Source of the DNA: Eledone cirrhosa
Taxonomy: Eukaryota
NCBI GenBank assembly: GCA_964016885.1
Contig: OZ024745.1
Coordinates: 51,274,001 to 51,338,000 of the forward strand
Reading direction: 5' to 3'
Length of the DNA stretch: 64,000 nucleotides
In this document: positions 14,372-26,374 of the stretch, piece after piece
How the letters are laid out: every line of letters begins with the position of its first letter
Numbering within the stretch: the first letter of the stretch is position 1
Translations under genes and position numbers: made by a program
The notes under the pieces: model-generated
Database searches by the model: none
Seen by the model: the letters and a program-made list of their open reading frames with translations, nothing else
What the model was told of the DNA's origin: nothing

Positions 14372-16169
14372 ATGGCTGAAGCATCTTCACCAAAATTCGA
14401 AGGAGGAAAGGGGAAGATAAGCTTACAGCTTCCCCCTGCCACTGTCACAGTAGCAGAGGTCAAAAAGAAAGGTCAGCCAGAGGAAGGATTTTCTCCACCT
14501 GTTAACCGACAACTTGACGTTGCCATGGCAACAACCCAAAGAACCAGCGGCACCAGCAACAGCAACAACAACAACAATGCGACGGACGAAAACAACACCA
14601 ATAACAATAACAACAACAACAAGACCAATAACTGTGACAACAACAACAATGATAACAACAACACCACCAACTACAACAGCAACACAAACAAAAAAAATTC
14701 TCCTTCGCCGAGACGGCAAGGAAAACCCTCGACTATCTGCCAGTAGATATAACCAAAGCGAAGGAGCTACTGGCAGATGCCAAAAAATATATAGTGTACG
14801 GGGAAAATGGTGCATTCACGATCCATTCCCCCCCCCCCCCGGAACTAAAAAGCCAGAGACTCCTAAACACGGTCATGTTTAGGACAATCTCGAATAAAAG
14901 CAAAAAACCAGCTCAACCATCACAGAGTGAGATAGAGCTGGTTTTAAAAGACGTCATGAAGGACATCACCTTCATTCAGAAGGATATACTCTACGGGAGT
15001 CTATCCATTCTCATGAAGGACAGGGACACAGCAGTGAGACTGACCATGAAACCAATCACATCCACCGCATACACCTTCTACCCTACGTACATGAGTAGAA
15101 GAACACAAAAAATAAAAATCCACACCATCCTGCCGATTATGGACATATGGTGGGTTTTGACAGGTTTCCTGGACCTGGATGATGACAGGCTGGTGTCCAT
15201 GGGAAAGGCATCGGGTGACGCGTTCAGTGGAACGAGCCTCGAACTTGTAGTTCAAATGAGGCCCGAAAGGATCGCCCAGATCTCTGAACGCGTCATACTG
15301 GATGATCTAACTTTCATCAACATTACCGTTGAGGGTAGGCGGCCCTCGTGTTACCTCTGCAGAACCAGAGGTCACCTGAGGGCTGTCTGTCCCCAACTTA
15401 ATAAGAAAACCCCAATCCTGCCTACACCACCAACAACTGCACAACCAACACAATCACCACAACTACCACTACAAAAACAACCACCACAGCTCAAACCAAA
15501 ACAAAACAATGTCCAACCCATCCCCTCCACTCAAAAAACAAAAACAATTTCCAAAACACCCGCACCGCAAACACAACCCGAAAATATACCCCTCCCCTCC
15601 AACGCGGAAGATGACCCTAGTTCGTCGTCAGACGAGGAGCAGCACTTCCACACAATCAAAAGAAAAAAAAGAAAACACACCTCAGACACACAAATGAAAA
15701 CAACACCTCCCCAAAACATAACACTGATACCAACACAAAAGAGCTCACAACAACAGCAAACAAAAAACACCACACAAAAACAAAAACATGCATACACATA
15801 CATAAACACAAGAAACAAAAAACTGTTAAACATTGTGTACAACAACAATCTAATAAAAACACAAGGGCCTAACTTCACCCAGGCAGGGGATTTCCCCACC
15901 TCAAAATGATTAAGGCCCCACAGGACACCTATAAAACTTTAAAAAACAATTTTAAAGAGGACGTGGGTCCCCCCTGCGTCGGGCCCATTAACCGCGTCCT
16001 CCTAAAAAACTACCCCACCCCCTCCCCAAACACCCACACAACTCCAAACTCCCCAACCACACAACACACTGATGCCCCTACACTTCCACAAACCACCACC
16101 CCACCCAACAACCCATCCCCCACCCTAATGGAAATTGTGCAGCCCGATACCCGGGAGGCAGAGAGGTAA
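14372..16169 (+). pseudogene. Tx1-A ORF1 (gag-like, CCHC zinc knuckle), two frameshifts
   Basis: CYLCRTRGHLRAVC knuckle. Aligns with ORF1 at 20712-22613 once 1-nt shifts in the A-run near 14690 and the C-run near 15895 are repaired. Confidence 0.85.
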
Positions 16170-16193
16170 GTGCCTTTTCTCTTCACCACCAAC

Positions 16194-19100
16194 ATGGCTA
16201 TGCTAAGAGTAGGCTGTTTAAATGCGCGTGGCCTGGGCTCAACTTGGAAGCAAACAATGCTTCTAAATGACCTCAGGTCACAACGTATAGATGTGATGGT
16301 TATTTGCGAGGCCCGGATCAGCAACGTGCGACAGCTGGGCCCCACCTTTGATGACTTTGAGATGCACGAATCTCTCTGTCAGCCCGGAGGTAGGGGTGGA
16401 GTTGTCGTTCTGCTGCAAAAACATCTGGGTCTCGCAACACAGATGGTACATTTGGACCCGGAGGGTCGACTAGTGGTTCTGGATCTTGGCAGTGGTAAAG
16501 GCGGAGCGTTTAGGTTGGTAGCCGCCTACGGCCCTTTCGGGTCAATGCGGCCGGACTTCTTCCATCGTCTGGAGACTTTTCTAGGGACGTCCCGCTCCTT
16601 GCTATTAGTGGGGGACTGGAATGGTATCCTAGATGCACGCTGGGACTACGTAGGGGTCTGTCCCGATAGAGAGGGGTGTAATAGCCTCAAAGGGTTAATT
16701 GGTCGATTTGACCTGGCCGATAGATATCGACTAGATTTTCCGACTGCGCCAACCTCGACTTGGGCAAATCGTAGCGGATCATCTAGGTCGTACCTAGATA
16801 GGTTCTTAGTTAGAATTAAGGATAAGGACTTTTTAAGTTGTCCAAAAATGCGCATGGTTGGCTATTCAGACCATAAGTTAGTGACCTGCATGGTCAACCT
16901 TGACAGAACTCATAGACAGGGACCCGGTTACTGGAAGTTCGACTTGTCCTTACCGGCAAGTAAGGCTTACAGGGACCGGATTAGCACTTTAGTTAAGGAG
17001 CAGTTGACGGGCGCCATCGTCAACAGCAGGTGGTGGGGATCGCTCAAAAGAGAGATTAGAGTAGTCTCTATAGAATTTAGTAAGGAGTTAGCCTCAAATA
17101 GAAATAGGAAGGAAAGGGAGTTGGTAGATAGTGTAGAAGAGGCAATTAGAAGCGGCGACGTGTCCAGAGTGCTAGCGTCGAGAACGGCCCTGGGCCAGTT
17201 CTTCGACGCGAAACACGAAGGCTGCATCGTCCGAAGCAAAATACGTGCTCTGGGAAACGAGGGGACCAAAACTGTTAGCTGGGCCCGCGTGACAGAAGCC
17301 AAAAGAGGGAGCAGATCCACTATCCGGTCTTTGCGAGACCAGGATGGACGGGTGATCCTTGAACCTAAGCAGATGTGCGAGGCTTTTCAAAAGCACTTTG
17401 CCGGATTGTTCGGAAGAGGCAGGGGGCCGGTTGGGGATGTGGACTTCGGTCCATACCTCGACGGCCTGCCGCGTCTCTCGGACAGGGAGGCGAAGTCCTG
17501 CGAGGAGCCGATTTCAGCCGCTGAGATAGAGGACGTGCTGAGCCAATGCGGCAAACGCAAATCCCCGGGTCTCGATGGTCTTCCATACGAACTATATCTA
17601 GCTATGCCGGACTTGTTCCCCGATCTTCTCGAGGCGGTCTACTGCAACTGGCAACAGAACGGGAGAATTCCCTGTGCTGTGACCAAGGGCGTAGTCACGC
17701 TAGTGAGGAAGGACGAGAACAAAGGGGACGATATAAATAATTTCAGGCCCATAACTCTGCTAAATACAGAGTTACAGATTTTGGCCAAGGTGCTAGCAAA
17801 GAGGTTGGCGCTTGTCGTGGGAAACCTGGTGGGAGATGCGCAGACATGTGCTATCCCGTCCAGGTCCATCCACGACAACCTCCACCTCATGCGATACATC
17901 ATAGAGAGGGTTGGGAACGAACCCGGCTTTGGTGGGGCCCTGATCAACTTGGATCAATCTAAGGCATTCGATAGGGTCGACCATGGTTACCTGGATGCGG
18001 TGCTAGCGGCGGCAGGCTTCGGACCCGTTTTCAGGGGCTGGATCAATGCCATGCACAGCAGCCGCATCTGCTCTAGGGTCAAGGTTAACGGCTACCTCTC
18101 GGAGCCGTTCGAAATCGCGCGGTCCATCCGATAGGGGTGCCCTCTCTCCTCCCTTCTGTATGTAATGACTCTAGAGCCACTACTGCGGAAGTCGGAGTTG
18201 TTGCAGGGCATCCCGTTGGAACCGGGATTGCGGAAAGCGGTGTCAGTCTACGCCGATGACGTAACAGTAATGGTGTCGACGGCCTCGGAAATCGGGGCGA
18301 TCGGCACCTTACTGGAGGAGTACGAAAGGTTTACAGGGGCTAAGCTGAACCGGGACAAGTTGATCGGTCTGCAACTCGGCACGTGGAGGGGCAGATCGAT
18401 GCCCTCCGATGGCGTCGTCTGTCGCTGGACGGAGGGCCCGGTGAAGTTGCTCGGGGTCTGGTTCGGACCAGACCTCCAGGTGGAGAAGAACTGGGGTGAA
18501 GTAACGAACAGGGTGTTTGCACTGACCCAGAAGTGGGCCGAGTGCAAACTGTCCCTGAAAGGTCGGGCGGAGGTGGCGAACACTTATATAGCGTCCGTCA
18601 TCTACTACCGCCTGACCGTTGTGCCTTGCCCAAGGGAAACGCTCGCCAAAATGGAGCGCGCACTCTTCCAATTCCTTGGGAAGAAGCGGGCTCCTATGGT
18701 GAGGAGATCCATCTGCTGTCAACACCCTTCGAAAGGAGGGCTGGGGATGCCGTGGCTAATGATACGTAAACACGCATTAAGGCCACGGCACCTTCAGGTA
18801 TTCCTCTCCGGTCAACCGGTGTTGGCCCCGTTTGTGAGGCGAGCCTTTCCCAGACTCGTCTCACTCACCGAGCTGTAATCCTGGGTCAAGCAAAGACCGA
18901 GAAAACTGGGCGCCTGGCACACCGAGTGTGCCCAGGCGCTCACGGCTCTCTGGCAGGCAGACCACCTGTCAATGGAGAATCCACCTCGTCATTCTATAGA
19001 GTGCTGGTAGTTAGCAGGTGCGACGACGCCCTCGGAGAAGCCCTAGGCATGGAGGAAGACGAACTGGCCAACCTGTTCGGTAGGACATTCAGCCCGAGAC

Positions 19101-19630
19101 CCATGGATAACTTCCAGAGGTCCCTGGCCTGGCAATGCTACAGAAGGGCTCTGCCCGTTCGAGAAAGGCTCTACAGACACGGGCGCCCGGGTAGGGACCC
19201 CTCGAAAAAGATATGTCCCAGATGCGTGTGCAACGAGGAAACCGTTGCACACGCATTGGTACACTGCTCGGGCATTGCCGATCTGTGGGGCTATGTCGAA
19301 CAACTGCTGTCAAGGGTGGGACCGATCTAGTTGACCACCGAGTCTATTGTAACGATCAAGCCGCCTCCTTTCTTCAAAAACGAAGAAGAGGCGGTGTTTC
19401 TGTGCGTAATAGCCATGGCGAAAGAGTTTGTATGGTGGACGCGTCTGAAAGGACTGAGGTCAGACACCTTTCTCTCTGGCCAACAACTGGTCCATTTCTT
19501 CCGATATCATTTCGGAAGAAGGATCAGGATAGAGAGAGAGGTGCTGCATCCCAGCCGTTTCTATGAAAGATGGGTGAAAGTGGCGAGAATGGCCCGTGTG
19601 AATGGGCCTTCACTCTACATCAGACTATAG
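16194..19630 (+). pseudogene. Tx1-A ORF2 (APE endonuclease, RT, C-terminal CCHC), disrupted
   Basis: Motifs CLNARGL, GDWN, SYLDR, SDH, GPGYWK, KSPGLDG, NFRPITLLN, DQSKAFDRVDH, YADD and CPRC..ETVAHALVHC. Stops at 18132, 18876 and 19328, plus a 1-nt deletion near 18965. Confidence 0.93.
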
Positions 19631-19895
19631 GTGAGGAAGATGAAAGACCAAGGGAGCACCCCTTCTCTGTGCTCCTGAGGAAAAGGGTTGCACACTTTTT
19701 TTCGGGGGTGTATGCGACCCCCCAAGGCGCCTCCTCTCTATTGAGGACTTTGTTATAAATTTTATTTTTTGTTATATTTTATTTTATTTTTATATATTGT
19801 TATTGCCTCCTCCTTATTGACGACGCCTTGTTTTGTAAACTCCCCCCATTGTACTTGTCCCACTTTTGATGCACTGGTGGCAAATAAAAGAAACA

Positions 19896-19972
<77 letters not shown>

Positions 19973-20412
19973 CGAAAGAGGTTGTATGGTGGAGAAGGTT
20001 GAAAGGGCTGAGGTCAGACACCTTTCTCTCCGGCCAACTTTTTCAAATACCACTTTGGAAGAAGAATCAGGATGGCGAGAGAGGTGCTGTACCCCAGCAA
20101 GTTTTATGAAAGGTGGGTGAAAGTGGCGAGAATGGCCCGAGTGAATGGGCCTTCTCTCTATATCAGCCTGTAGGTTGAGGAAAAGGAGGAGTAGAGGAAA
20201 GGAATACAAACTCTTCGTACTCCTGGAGATGAGGGTTGCACATTTTTTCGGGGGTATGTGTTACCCATATAAACTGTCTCCCCCTATTGGGGAAAATCGA
20301 CTAATTTTTTAAATTGCATTTGTGATAACATTTTACACGTTTTTATTGTATGTAAACTTCCCCCTTTTGATTTGTCTCCTTCTTTTGTGCCCCTGTGGCT
20401 AATAAAGAAACA

Positions 20413-20413
<1 letters not shown>
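19973..20413 (+). mobile_element. 5'-truncated Tx1 subfamily B 3' fragment
   Basis: Matches 50497-50938 with an internal deletion. Ends AATAAAGAAACAT followed by (ATCT)n at 20414-20482. Confidence 0.9.
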
Positions 20414-20482
<69 letters not shown>

Positions 20483-20711
20483 ATCTAGCTGTCGTCTGTT
20501 CTACAGTGTGGATGTCATTCACTTCGCACAGAAGTTTTGTTCAAATTTATTGAGGAAATTTTGTGAGTTCAAACTTAATTTTGATACAATTGTGTAGCTC
20601 GACCCTCCGTCTGAACTGTCAGGCGGTGGGTCAGCTCATCTTTACCCCTCCTAGAGGTGAAAAACCTGTTTTAAAAAATTTTGTGTAAAAAATTTCAATC
20701 GTCTAACAGAA

Positions 20712-22613
20712 ATGTTAAACACAGCGAACGAAAATAGTGGTGGGGGGACAGCGGTAAGAGTTGTAAGCTCGCACGCTTTAGTCCTCCCTTCCTTCCCAAC
20801 TAACGTCATAGAGAAGGAAGGAAAAATGAAAATAAAAACGGACGAATCTGCGGAGAAAAAATTAAATGACGAAAACATAAATCTGGACTTGGATTCCAAC
20901 AACGAAAAAAAAAAATTTGAAAAATTGCATGACAATACTAATAACACAAACAAAGACACAACAAACAAAAAAATAACAGTTGAAAATAACACCATATCAG
21001 AAAACAAAGCAGACGACAAGATTTCATTTGCACAGAAAACAAAGAAATCTTTGACTTATATAGCGGAAAACATTTCAGATGTGGTACGAAGGATCACGGA
21101 CGCCAAACAATACATAAGTGAAGGTGAGAATGGTATTTTATTGGTAAAAATGCCTCAAGAATTCACGAAAGACATTGAAAGCCGAACGGTCAAGTTTCGG
21201 ACCATCAACAACAGTACAAAAAAACCTGAACAGCCTTCTCAAGCAGATATCAAAACAGTACTCACAGAAGTACTGAATGAAACAACTTTCATAAGAAAAG
21301 ACAGACTGTATGGAAGCCTAGCAATTATCATGAAGAACGAATCGGCGGCAAAAAAATGTGCTTTGTCACCGATTCGTTCGAAAAATTTCACCTTTTATCC
21401 ATCTTATATGGGAAAAAAAACTCAACGCATATGGCTGGATGCAATGATGCCAGATGTGGACTACTGCTGGCTCATAGCTGGCTTCATCGATCCAGTGAAT
21501 GACAACGTGATTTCCATTGGGAAAACCACAGGCAATGCGTTCAGTGGAACAGGTATAGAGCTGGTAGTACAAATGAAGCCTGAACGCATCGCCCAAATAC
21601 CCGACAGAATCCTATTAGAGGACCATGGGTATATAAACATTAGCGTGAAGGGGAGAAGGCCGTCCTGCCATATCTGTGCAGGCAGAGGGCACCTGAAGGC
21701 CGCTTGTCCCCAACTCAACAAAAAGAAAACCCTGCTACCAACACCAGCTCCACCACCACCACCACAACAGATAAACAAACAACAAAAATCAGTCCCACCC
21801 AACCCGTCCATCAGTAAAACCACAACACCACCACAACACAAACAGTCACAACACATTACCCCAAAACAAAATACAGGCCCACCCAACCTCTCACTCAATA
21901 AAACAACACAACCACCGCAGACACAACACACAACACAGTCTAACATAGTGACATCCATCTCCCCCACAAAGAAAACCAACACGGAAACATTACCAGCAAA
22001 CATACCTCTTCCCTCCAACACTGAAGATAACCCAACGAATTCGGAGGAAGAAACGGAGTCCTTCAGACAGATTAAAAGGAAAAAAAGAAAACATGTGCAA
22101 AACACACAAGGACAAACAACCCCGACCCAAATCGCAACACAATCCAACAAAACAGAAAACACCCCTCCAGCAACAAACAAAACCAAACCTGCCCCTCCCC
22201 TCTTCGAAACACTCACACCATCGGAACAAAAGACATTACACTATACTTACATCAACAGAAACAATAATAAATTAAATGAACTCATATACAATAATCCTTC
22301 GGTACAAACCGAAGGTGTAAACTTTGCTTCGTCAGAAAACCACCCACATTTAAAACTAATAAAAATCCCAATGAACCTCTACCAAAAACTAAAAAAGGAT
22401 TTTAAGGAGGACGTAGGACCACCCTCTGTCAAACCCATAAACCGCGTCCTACTAAAAAGCTTTCCCCCTCCCCTTCCCCTCCCCAACACAACTCCAAACA
22501 CCCCAACCCCACCACACACCGACGACCCCACACCACCACAAGACACCCCTTCACCCAACACCCCCGACACCATGGAAGTCGTGCAACCCGAACCCCGGGA
22601 AGCGGAAAGGTAG
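20712..22613 (+). CDS. Tx1-C ORF1, 633 aa gag-like protein with zinc knuckle
   Basis: Uninterrupted ORF with CHICAGRGHLKAAC, a P/T/Q-rich linker and a basic IKRKKRKH stretch. Homologous to the subfamily A ORF1. Confidence 0.88.
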   Translation: MLNTANENSGGGTAVRVVSSHALVLPSFPTNVIEKEGKMKIKTDESAEKKLNDENINLDLDSNNEKKKFEKLHDNTNNTNKDTTNKKITVENNTISENKADDKISFAQKTKKSLTYIAENISDVVRRITDAKQYISEGENGILLVKMPQEFTKDIESRTVKFRTINNSTKKPEQPSQADIKTVLTEVLNETTFIRKDRLYGSLAIIMKNESAAKKCALSPIRSKNFTFYPSYMGKKTQRIWLDAMMPDVDYCWLIAGFIDPVNDNVISIGKTTGNAFSGTGIELVVQMKPERIAQIPDRILLEDHGYINISVKGRRPSCHICAGRGHLKAACPQLNKKKTLLPTPAPPPPPQQINKQQKSVPPNPSISKTTTPPQHKQSQHITPKQNTGPPNLSLNKTTQPPQTQHTTQSNIVTSISPTKKTNTETLPANIPLPSNTEDNPTNSEEETESFRQIKRKKRKHVQNTQGQTTPTQIATQSNKTENTPPATNKTKPAPPLFETLTPSEQKTLHYTYINRNNNKLNELIYNNPSVQTEGVNFASSENHPHLKLIKIPMNLYQKLKKDFKEDVGPPSVKPINRVLLKSFPPPLPLPNTTPNTPTPPHTDDPTPPQDTPSPNTPDTMEVVQPEPREAER

Positions 22614-22646
22614 GTCTCTACACTCTCCTTTGGCTCTGCCGCCCAC

Positions 22647-25600
22647 ATGGATGTGTTAAGAGTAGGATGTTTGAATGCACGTGGCCTGGGCTCAACTTGG
22701 AAGCAAGCAAAGCTTCTAAATGACCTCAGGTCATGTAGTATAAATGTAATGGTTATCTGTGAGACTCGAATCAGCGTCATGCGGCAGCTGGCCCCCACCT
22801 TCGATGACTTTGAGGTGCATGCATCTCTCTGTCAACCTGGAGGTGGGGGTGGGGTTGTCGTGCTGCTGCAAAAACACCTGGGTCTTGCCGTACAGGTTGT
22901 GCACTCGGACCCGGAGGGTCGTTTGTTGGTGCTAGACGTTGGCAGTAGTGAAAGTGCGGCCTTGAGACTGGTCGCCGTCTACTCCCCTTTCGGAGCTGAA
23001 CGGCCCGACTTCTTCCAGCGTTTGGAGACTTTTCTGGGAACGTCGCGTTCCCTGCTTCTAGCGGGGGATTGGAATGACATCCTAGATGCACGTTGGGACT
23101 ATGCAGGAGCATGTCCTAATAGAGGGGGGTGTAACAGCCTCAAGGGGTTACTCGACCGTTTTAACTTGGTCGATAGATATCGACTAGATTTTCCAACTGT
23201 GCCTACCTGGACTTGGAGAAACCACAGTGGTCAATCTAGATCGTACTTAGATAGATTCTTAGTTAGAAGTAAGGATAGGGACATATTAAGCTGTCCAGAA
23301 ATGCGCACGGTTGGCTACACGGATCACAAATTAGTGACCTGCGTGGTCAATCTCGAGAAAACACATAGACAGGGTCCCGGTTACTGGAAACTTAATTTGT
23401 CTTTACCGGCAAAAGAGACTTACAGAAACCGGATTAGCAGATTAGTTAAGGAGAGGTTGACGGGTGCAATCGTCAACAACCGATGGTGGGCATCTCTCAA
23501 AAGAGAGATTAGAACAGAATCAATAAGTTATAGCAAGATGTTAGCTGCCGATAGGAATAGAAACGAGAAAGAATTAACAGGTAAATTAGAAGAGGCAATC
23601 AAGAGCGAAGATGTGGCCAGAGTGCTGGCATCGAGGACGGCCTTGAACCAGTTTTTCGATGCAAAGCATGAAGGCTGCGTCATTCGAAGTAAAATACGTG
23701 CTCTAGGTAATGAGGGGGCCAAAGCCGTTGGATGGGCCCGCGTGACAGAAGCTAAAAGTGGAAATCGATCCACCATCCGGTCGTTGCAAGACGAAGATGG
23801 ACGAGTGATCCGGGAGCCTAAGCAGATGTGCGAGGCCTTTCAAAAGCACTTTGCCCGATTGTTCGGGGGAGGCGAGGGTCCGGGCCGGGGCGTGGATTTC
23901 GGTCCATACCTCGACGGCCTGCCGCGTCTCTCGAACAAAGAGGCAGAGTCCTGCGAGGGACCAATCTCGGCTGATGAGATCGGAGATGCGCTGAGCCAAT
24001 GCAGCAGACGCAAATCTCCAGGTCTCGATGGTATACCTTACGAACTTTATTTAGCAATGCCGGTCTTCTTCTCCGAACTCCTCGAAGCGGTCTACTGCAA
24101 TTGGCAGCAGAACGGGAGAATTCCTTGTTCTGTAGCCAAGGGCGTAGTCACGCTGGTGAGGAAGGACGAGAAAAAGGGGGATAGTATAAATAATTTTCGG
24201 CCCATAACCCTGCTAAACACAGAGTTAAAGATTTTGGCCAAGGTGTTAGCAAAGAGGTTGGCGCTTGTCGTGGGTGGCCTGGTGGGAGATGCGCAGACAT
24301 GTGCTATCCCATCCAGGTCCATTCACGATAACCTCCACCTCATGCGATACATCATAGAGAGGGTTGGCAACAAACCCGGCTTCGGTGGGGCCCTGATCAA
24401 CTTGGATCAGTCTAAGGCCTTCGATAGGGTCGACCATGGTTACCTGGATGCGGTGCTAGCGGAGGCTGGGTTCGGTCCTGTTTTCAGAGGCTGGATCACT
24501 GCCCTACATAGCAACCACATCTGTTCTAGGATCAAGGTGAACGGCTACCTTTCGAAGCCGTTCGAAATCACACGATCCATTCGACAGGGGTGCCCTCTCT
24601 CCTCCCTTCTGTACGTATTGACTCTCGAGCCTTTACTGAGGAAGTTGGAGTTGTTGCAGGGTATCCCCTTGGAACCAGGATTGAGCAAAGCGGTGTCGGC
24701 CTACGCCGATGACGTAACAGTAATGGTATCAACCGACTCGGAGATCGAGGCGATCGGTACCTTACTGGAGGAGTACGAAAGGTTGTCAGGAGCGAAACTG
24801 AACCGGGAAAAATTCATCGGGCTGCAACTCGGAACGTGGAGAGGCAAACCGATGCCTCCTGACGGTGTCGTCGGACACTGGACGGAGGGCCCGGTAAAGT
24901 TGCTTGGGGTCTGGTTTGGACCGGACCTCCAGGTGGAAAAGAACTGGAACGAGGTTACGAACAAGGTGTTTGCACTAACCCAGAAATGGGCCAAGTGTAA
25001 GCTGTCCCTAAAAGGCCGGGCGGAGGTGGCGAACATTTACATAGCGTCCGTCACTTACTACCGCCTGACTGTCGTGCCTTGCCCTAAGGAAACACTCACC
25101 ACCATGGAACGCATGCTCTTCCAATTTCTTTGGAAGAAGCGTCCTCCTATGGTGAGAAGATCCATCTGCTGCCAACAACCTTCGAAGGAGGGCTGGGGAT
25201 GCCGTGGTTGATGATGCGTAGGCACGCATTAAGGCTACGGCACCTACAGGTATTCCTCACTGGTCAACCGGTGTGGGCTCCGTTCGTGAAACGAGCCTTT
25301 CCGAGACTCGTCTCACTCACCGAGCTACAGTCCTGGGTCAAGCAAAGATCCGGAAAACTGGGAGACTGGCACACTGAGTGTGCTCAGGCGCTCAGGGCTC
25401 TCTGGCAAGCGGGCCGGGCCATCGGTGGAGAATCCACCTCATCATTCTATAGAGGGCTGGTGGCTAGCAGGGGCGATGACACCCTTGGAGAGTCGCTGGA
25501 CATGGAAGAAGACGAACTGGCCAGCCTGTTCGGTAGGACTTTCGGCCCAGGACCAATGGACAACTTCCAGAAGTCACTGGCCTGGCAGTGCTACCGAGGG

Positions 25601-26083
25601 GCTCTACCCGTTCGAGAGAGGCTCTACAGACACGGGCGCCCGGGCAGGGATCCCTCAAAAAAGATTTGCCCTAGATGCGTGCGTCACGAAGAAACCGTAG
25701 CGCACGCATTGGTGCAATGTCCGGGCGTGGCTGATCTGTGGGGCTACGCCGAACAACTGCTGTCGCGGGTGTCGCCGATTAAATTGACCGCCGAGTCCGT
25801 GATGACAATCAAACCGCCTCCCCTCTTCACAAAGGAAGCAAAGGCGGTTTTTCTGTGCGTAATAGCCATGTTGAAAGAGGTTGTTTGGTGGACACGATTG
25901 AAAGGTCTGAGGTCAGGCAACTTCCTCTCTGGCCATAGTCTGGTCTACTTCTTCCGATATCACTTCGGAAGAAGGATAAGAATGGAGAGAGAGGTGCTTG
26001 GCCACAGGCAGTTTTATGAAAGGTGGGTGATAGTGGCGAGAATGGCTCGTGTAAATGGGCCTTCTCTGTATACCATCCTGTAG
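22647..26083 (+). CDS. Tx1-C ORF2 (APE-RT-CCHC), about 1145 aa if one frameshift near 25186 is repaired
   Basis: ORF 22647-25211 carries the APE and RT motifs (RQGCPLS, YADD) and continues in ORF 25130-26083 (GGLGMPWL, CPRC..H...C). It reads tcgaaggaggg where copy A has tcgaaaggaggg. Confidence 0.9.
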
Positions 26084-26297
26084 GTAAAGAAGTAAAGGAG
26101 AGGGGAGCACCTTCTCCATGTGCTCCCCGGGCAAAGGATTGCACACTTTTTCGGGGGTGTGTGCAACCCCCATCACGTCCCCTCCCTTTTGAGGTTATTT
26201 TCGATTATTTTCATGTTACACCCTTTTTACTCGATTATATGTAAACTCCCCCTTTGTATTTGTCCCTTCTTTTTATGCCTTTATGGTAAATAAAGAA

Positions 26298-26339
<42 letters not shown>

Positions 26340-26374
26340 TTATCTATCTGTCTGTATGTATGTGAGGTTTTGTG

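Larger units (their letters stand above)
14160..19896 (+). mobile_element. Full-length Tx1-clade non-LTR retrotransposon, subfamily A (inactivated)
   Basis: Begins right after (CTAT)n at 14113-14159. Two ORFs, with a 3' UTR ending AATAAAAGAAACAT followed by (ATCT)n at 19897-19972. Confidence 0.92.
20483..26297 (+). mobile_element. Full-length, nearly intact Tx1-clade retrotransposon, subfamily C
   Basis: Flanked on both sides by (ATCT)n. ORF1 is open and ORF2 has a single 1-nt shift. Confidence 0.93.

Noticed and set aside
21461-22216. 251-aa antisense ORF within Tx1 ORF1 (also 15531-15899)
   Set aside because: It is explained by the extreme A/C skew of ORF1, which depletes antisense stops; its extent is not conserved between copies.
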